The notes under the pieces were generated by a model that saw nothing but the letters and a program-made list of their open reading frames with translations, ran no database searches and was not told the DNA's origin. This document shows, piece after piece, positions 61,117-64,000 of a stretch of 64,000 nucleotides of DNA. The DNA is taken from positions 128,001-192,000 of the forward strand of contig CBDANF010000003.1 in NCBI GenBank assembly GCA_965197475.1, read 5' to 3'. The position numbers were made by a program, and so were the translations under genes. The DNA is from Candidatus Poribacteria bacterium (GTDB lineage: Bacteria > Poribacteria > WGA-4E > WGA-3G). Numbering within the stretch: position 1 is the stretch's first letter; each line of letters begins with the position of its first letter.

Positions 61117-62652
61117 ATGACATCAAAGAAAAAAAGCATCCGTTTGTGGCCGTTACTTATCATCGTTAGTCTCACCGTTTTAGTGATCGGATCAGTGTGG
61201 TTGTTGGATGCAGGTCATCGCCAAGACAAAGTTGCCCTTACGGTTTTACTGCTCATCCTTACGGTTTTTCTGGAAATAGTGTGGTTGTTTGGGTTTTCCC
61301 GCTTGGCATGGCGAGTTAAATTCTTATTCTTTGGTGTTATCCTTTTATGCATCGCTGCGTTTGTAATCCTATTCCGATTTGATGGATTCAGCGGTGACCT
61401 TGCCCCGAAATTTGAATGGCGATGGCGCGAGGCTCCGCAGCATTCTGTTGGCACATCCTACGCGCAGGATACCTCAGCAAAGTTCCTGACAGATTATCCA
61501 CAGTTCCTTGGACCTAACCGAAACGCTGTAATAACTAATATCAAACTAAACACGGATTGGAAAAATAATCCGCCAGAGTTAGTGTGGAGGCAACCTGTCG
61601 GTGCTGGTTGGTCAGGTTTTGCTGTCGTAGGAGATTCTGCAATTACGCAGGAACAGGAAGACGAATGGGAGAAGGTCGTCTGTTATGACTTACACAGCGG
61701 CAAAGAAAAGTGGACACACAGAGATAAGGCGAGGTATTATACGGCACTTGGTCAACTCGGTCCGCGTGCAACACCAACTATTGACGGTGACCGTGTCTTT
61801 ACTGTCGGAGGAACAGGTATTCTAAACTGTTTGGATTTTGAAACAGGTAAACAGATTTGGTCAACAAATATCTTTGAGGAAAACGGCGCGGCAGCCCCAC
61901 CTTGGGGTGTAAGTGTTTCACCACTCGTTCTTGATGAACTTGTTATTGTAAGTGCTGGTGGTGCAGTGGCGTATTACAAAGAGACAGGTGAAATCGCTTG
62001 GACAGGACAGAGGATTCAGAGTGCCTATAGTTCCCCCGTTCTTCTAACCTTGGCAGGAACTGAGCAGGTCGTGTTGTTCGACGACGGTCTTGTCACATCT
62101 CATGAACCTACTACTGGTAAACTCTTATGGAAGCACCCGTGGACCGCTGCTGGCGTAGAATGTGTGGCACAACCGACCCCACTTCCTGGGGATAAACTTC
62201 TTGTCTCAACTGCGTACGGAATCGGTGCTAAATTATTTCAGATTTCAAAAAGTAACCCATCAGAGAAATTCAACGTTAATAAATTCAACGTTAACCTATT
62301 ATGGGAAACCACATACCTCAAAGCTAAATTCACGACTATCATTTATTATGAAGGCTATTTATACGGTCTTGACGACGGAATCTTCGTATGTATTGATCCA
62401 TCTGATGGGACACGTCAATGGAAGCGGGGGCGTTATGGTCATGGACAGACACTCTTAATCTCAGATGTCTTGTTGGTACTCACCGAATCCGGTGAAATCG
62501 TTTTATTAGAACCGAACCCAGAAGTTCATAAAGAACTCGCGCGTTTCCCTGCGTTAACTGGACAGACATGGAACAACCCAGCACTCACAGGCAATTATCT
62601 ACTTGTTCGTAATAACCGAGAAGCAGCTTGTTACCGGTTGCTAACTGAATAA
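61117..62652 (+). CDS. Membrane-anchored PQQ-like (BamB-like) beta-propeller
   Basis: 3 TM helices; YPQFLGPNR, GPRATP, AYSSP and TWNNPAL. Confidence 0.88.
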   Translation: MTSKKKSIRLWPLLIIVSLTVLVIGSVWLLDAGHRQDKVALTVLLLILTVFLEIVWLFGFSRLAWRVKFLFFGVILLCIAAFVILFRFDGFSGDLAPKFEWRWREAPQHSVGTSYAQDTSAKFLTDYPQFLGPNRNAVITNIKLNTDWKNNPPELVWRQPVGAGWSGFAVVGDSAITQEQEDEWEKVVCYDLHSGKEKWTHRDKARYYTALGQLGPRATPTIDGDRVFTVGGTGILNCLDFETGKQIWSTNIFEENGAAAPPWGVSVSPLVLDELVIVSAGGAVAYYKETGEIAWTGQRIQSAYSSPVLLTLAGTEQVVLFDDGLVTSHEPTTGKLLWKHPWTAAGVECVAQPTPLPGDKLLVSTAYGIGAKLFQISKSNPSEKFNVNKFNVNLLWETTYLKAKFTTIIYYEGYLYGLDDGIFVCIDPSDGTRQWKRGRYGHGQTLLISDVLLVLTESGEIVLLEPNPEVHKELARFPALTGQTWNNPALTGNYLLVRNNREAACYRLLTE

Positions 62653-62745
62653 ATGGTTGCCGGACAACAGTATCACTACAATACTTCAAAAGCTATCATA
62701 ACCCCACTTATCGGGACATTTTATAAAAAGAGGAAGACAAAACTA

Positions 62746-63657
62746 ATGAAAGGATATCTTGACAATTTCTTCAGATTATTGGTTTGTTGTGGACTCGGCA
62801 TCTTACTCTGTGAGCCCACAGTAATTCATGCTGGGTATGACCCTTCAATTGATTCTCCCCTTGAACAAAATATAGATGACTACATCAAAAGATACAGAAA
62901 GCGAGGCCCGCTGGCATCAACAGAGCGAACCAGTTTTGTTGTCTATGATCTCTCAAAAGGAGAAAAATTAGTTTCTATCAACGAAGATCGCAAGATGATG
63001 GCCGCCTCATTAATAAAAAACTTTGTTATGCTTGCATATTTTCACGAGGTGAAGCAGGGACGCTTAACACATACTAATAGAAATCGTACGCATCTGAAAC
63101 AAATGATTAAAGTAAGTTCAAACACTTCAACAAACTATTTTATTAATTTGGTTGGTGGACCTGCTAAAGCTAACCGTATCCTCAAAGCCAATTATCCCTA
63201 TTTTAAACAGACTCGTATTGTTGAAAGAATCCCTTCAACCGGACGTACATATCGCAACACGACCAGTGCACATGATCTGAATAGGTTCTATGTGCAGTTA
63301 TGGCACAATAAGCTGCCTTACTCAGATAAAATGAAATATTACCTTGAGCTTCCGAACGGGGATTATATCTATAAAAAGACTCGTATTCCCTCATCTGTCA
63401 AGGTTTACAATAAAACGGGGACTGTTTACGGGTTGATAGGCGATAGCGGAATTTTAGTTATGCGTGATCCGCAAGGAAAACTCCGTCCTTATGTCTTTAC
63501 CGGACTGATTGAAGATAAGACTAAAACCAGTACGCGAAGGCGGGGAATATCCTTTGGTGCGTGGGTTGGTCAACGGGCAAATATCCTACGTAGGGTTTCA
63601 GAAAGAGCATACGGTTATATTTATAACAGTTACGGTGGTAGATTTATCATTCGCTAA
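62746..63657 (+). CDS. Serine hydrolase, class A beta-lactamase/PBP-like fold
   Basis: SxxK (ASLIK), SSN and KTG motifs; signal peptide. Confidence 0.85.
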   Translation: MKGYLDNFFRLLVCCGLGILLCEPTVIHAGYDPSIDSPLEQNIDDYIKRYRKRGPLASTERTSFVVYDLSKGEKLVSINEDRKMMAASLIKNFVMLAYFHEVKQGRLTHTNRNRTHLKQMIKVSSNTSTNYFINLVGGPAKANRILKANYPYFKQTRIVERIPSTGRTYRNTTSAHDLNRFYVQLWHNKLPYSDKMKYYLELPNGDYIYKKTRIPSSVKVYNKTGTVYGLIGDSGILVMRDPQGKLRPYVFTGLIEDKTKTSTRRRGISFGAWVGQRANILRRVSERAYGYIYNSYGGRFIIR

Positions 63658-63678
63658 TTGCTTATCTAAGGCGATCCT

Positions 63679-64000
63679 ATGGCATCTATTGTTAACATTG
63701 GTCGGCGAATCGAACTCGTACCGATTGACCCACATTTCATGGATATTACGATAGGTCTTTACCGTCAACAACTTGATGATTGGGCTGTTTTTCGGGTGCA
63801 TACCTATAGTCGTATTGAAGGGGCTGCAACGCGAATTCAAGACGTGGTGCAGTCAATGAAGATATTAGGTGGCATGGAGGAAACTTCAGATGGGCTGCTC
63901 TATTTTCCTTGTGGTGAAAGACATGAGGCTGCTTGTCGCCGTGTTTTTTTGGAGGCATGCAAACTTGAACCGAATAAGCAGGTCAAACCGCGTCCTTTGA
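63679..64000 (+). CDS. Hypothetical protein (3' partial)
   Basis: Open frame MASIVNIGRRIELVPIDPHF... runs to the window end. Confidence 0.65.
   Translation, partial: MASIVNIGRRIELVPIDPHFMDITIGLYRQQLDDWAVFRVHTYSRIEGAATRIQDVVQSMKILGGMEETSDGLLYFPCGERHEAACRRVFLEACKLEPNKQVKPRPL

Noticed and set aside
62266-62295. 15-bp in-frame duplication (KFNVN x2); similar micro-duplications in queG (ESESE) and the GT4 C-terminus
   Set aside because: Ordinary slippage in loop regions with no evidence of function.
62746-63657. Bona fide class A beta-lactamase resistance gene
   Set aside because: SSN instead of SDN and no clear omega-loop ExxLN; better called a PBP-like serine hydrolase.
1486-63958. Numerous 60-160 aa ORFs antisense to or nested in larger genes
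   Set aside because: Shadow ORFs with no motifs or RBS.

Overview
Bacterial window of about 50 genes. Signature features (TolB-like protein ending in ...SVNPTANTQAILWGQLKQ, several PhyH dioxygenases, many R-M and TA genes, TPR proteins) suggest Candidatus Poribacteria; this is an inference, not a database result. Housekeeping or conserved content: an Omp85/TolB fusion, UPF0182, pheA, queG, a MoxR/DUF58/SpoIIM/RDD cluster, sppA, a Rieske/cytochrome b pair, FNR, disA, a cyclophilin, a KamA-family enzyme and an SPFH protein. Between these lie mosaic defence islets. The top finding is an unannotated 81-codon DUF5069-like gene (4841-5086). It has an in-frame UGA at the family's Cys position and a bacterial SECIS-like hairpin, so it is a candidate new selenoprotein missed by the ORF track. 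Other notable features: (1) a 3.5-kb unit bounded by inverted REP/nonamer repeats, in which a Type II R-M pair has replaced the core of a Type ISP-like enzyme; (2) synonymously diverged 'ghost' fragments of a phyH allele bracketing a TA remnant; (3) a 0.92-kb methylase duplication bounded by an 11-bp repeat at the pheA promoter; (4) a P-loop kinase/nucleoside-deoxyribosyltransferase fusion; (5) at least seven GTAG-REP families; (6) an internally deleted ISAs1. No rRNA, tRNA or CRISPR array was seen.
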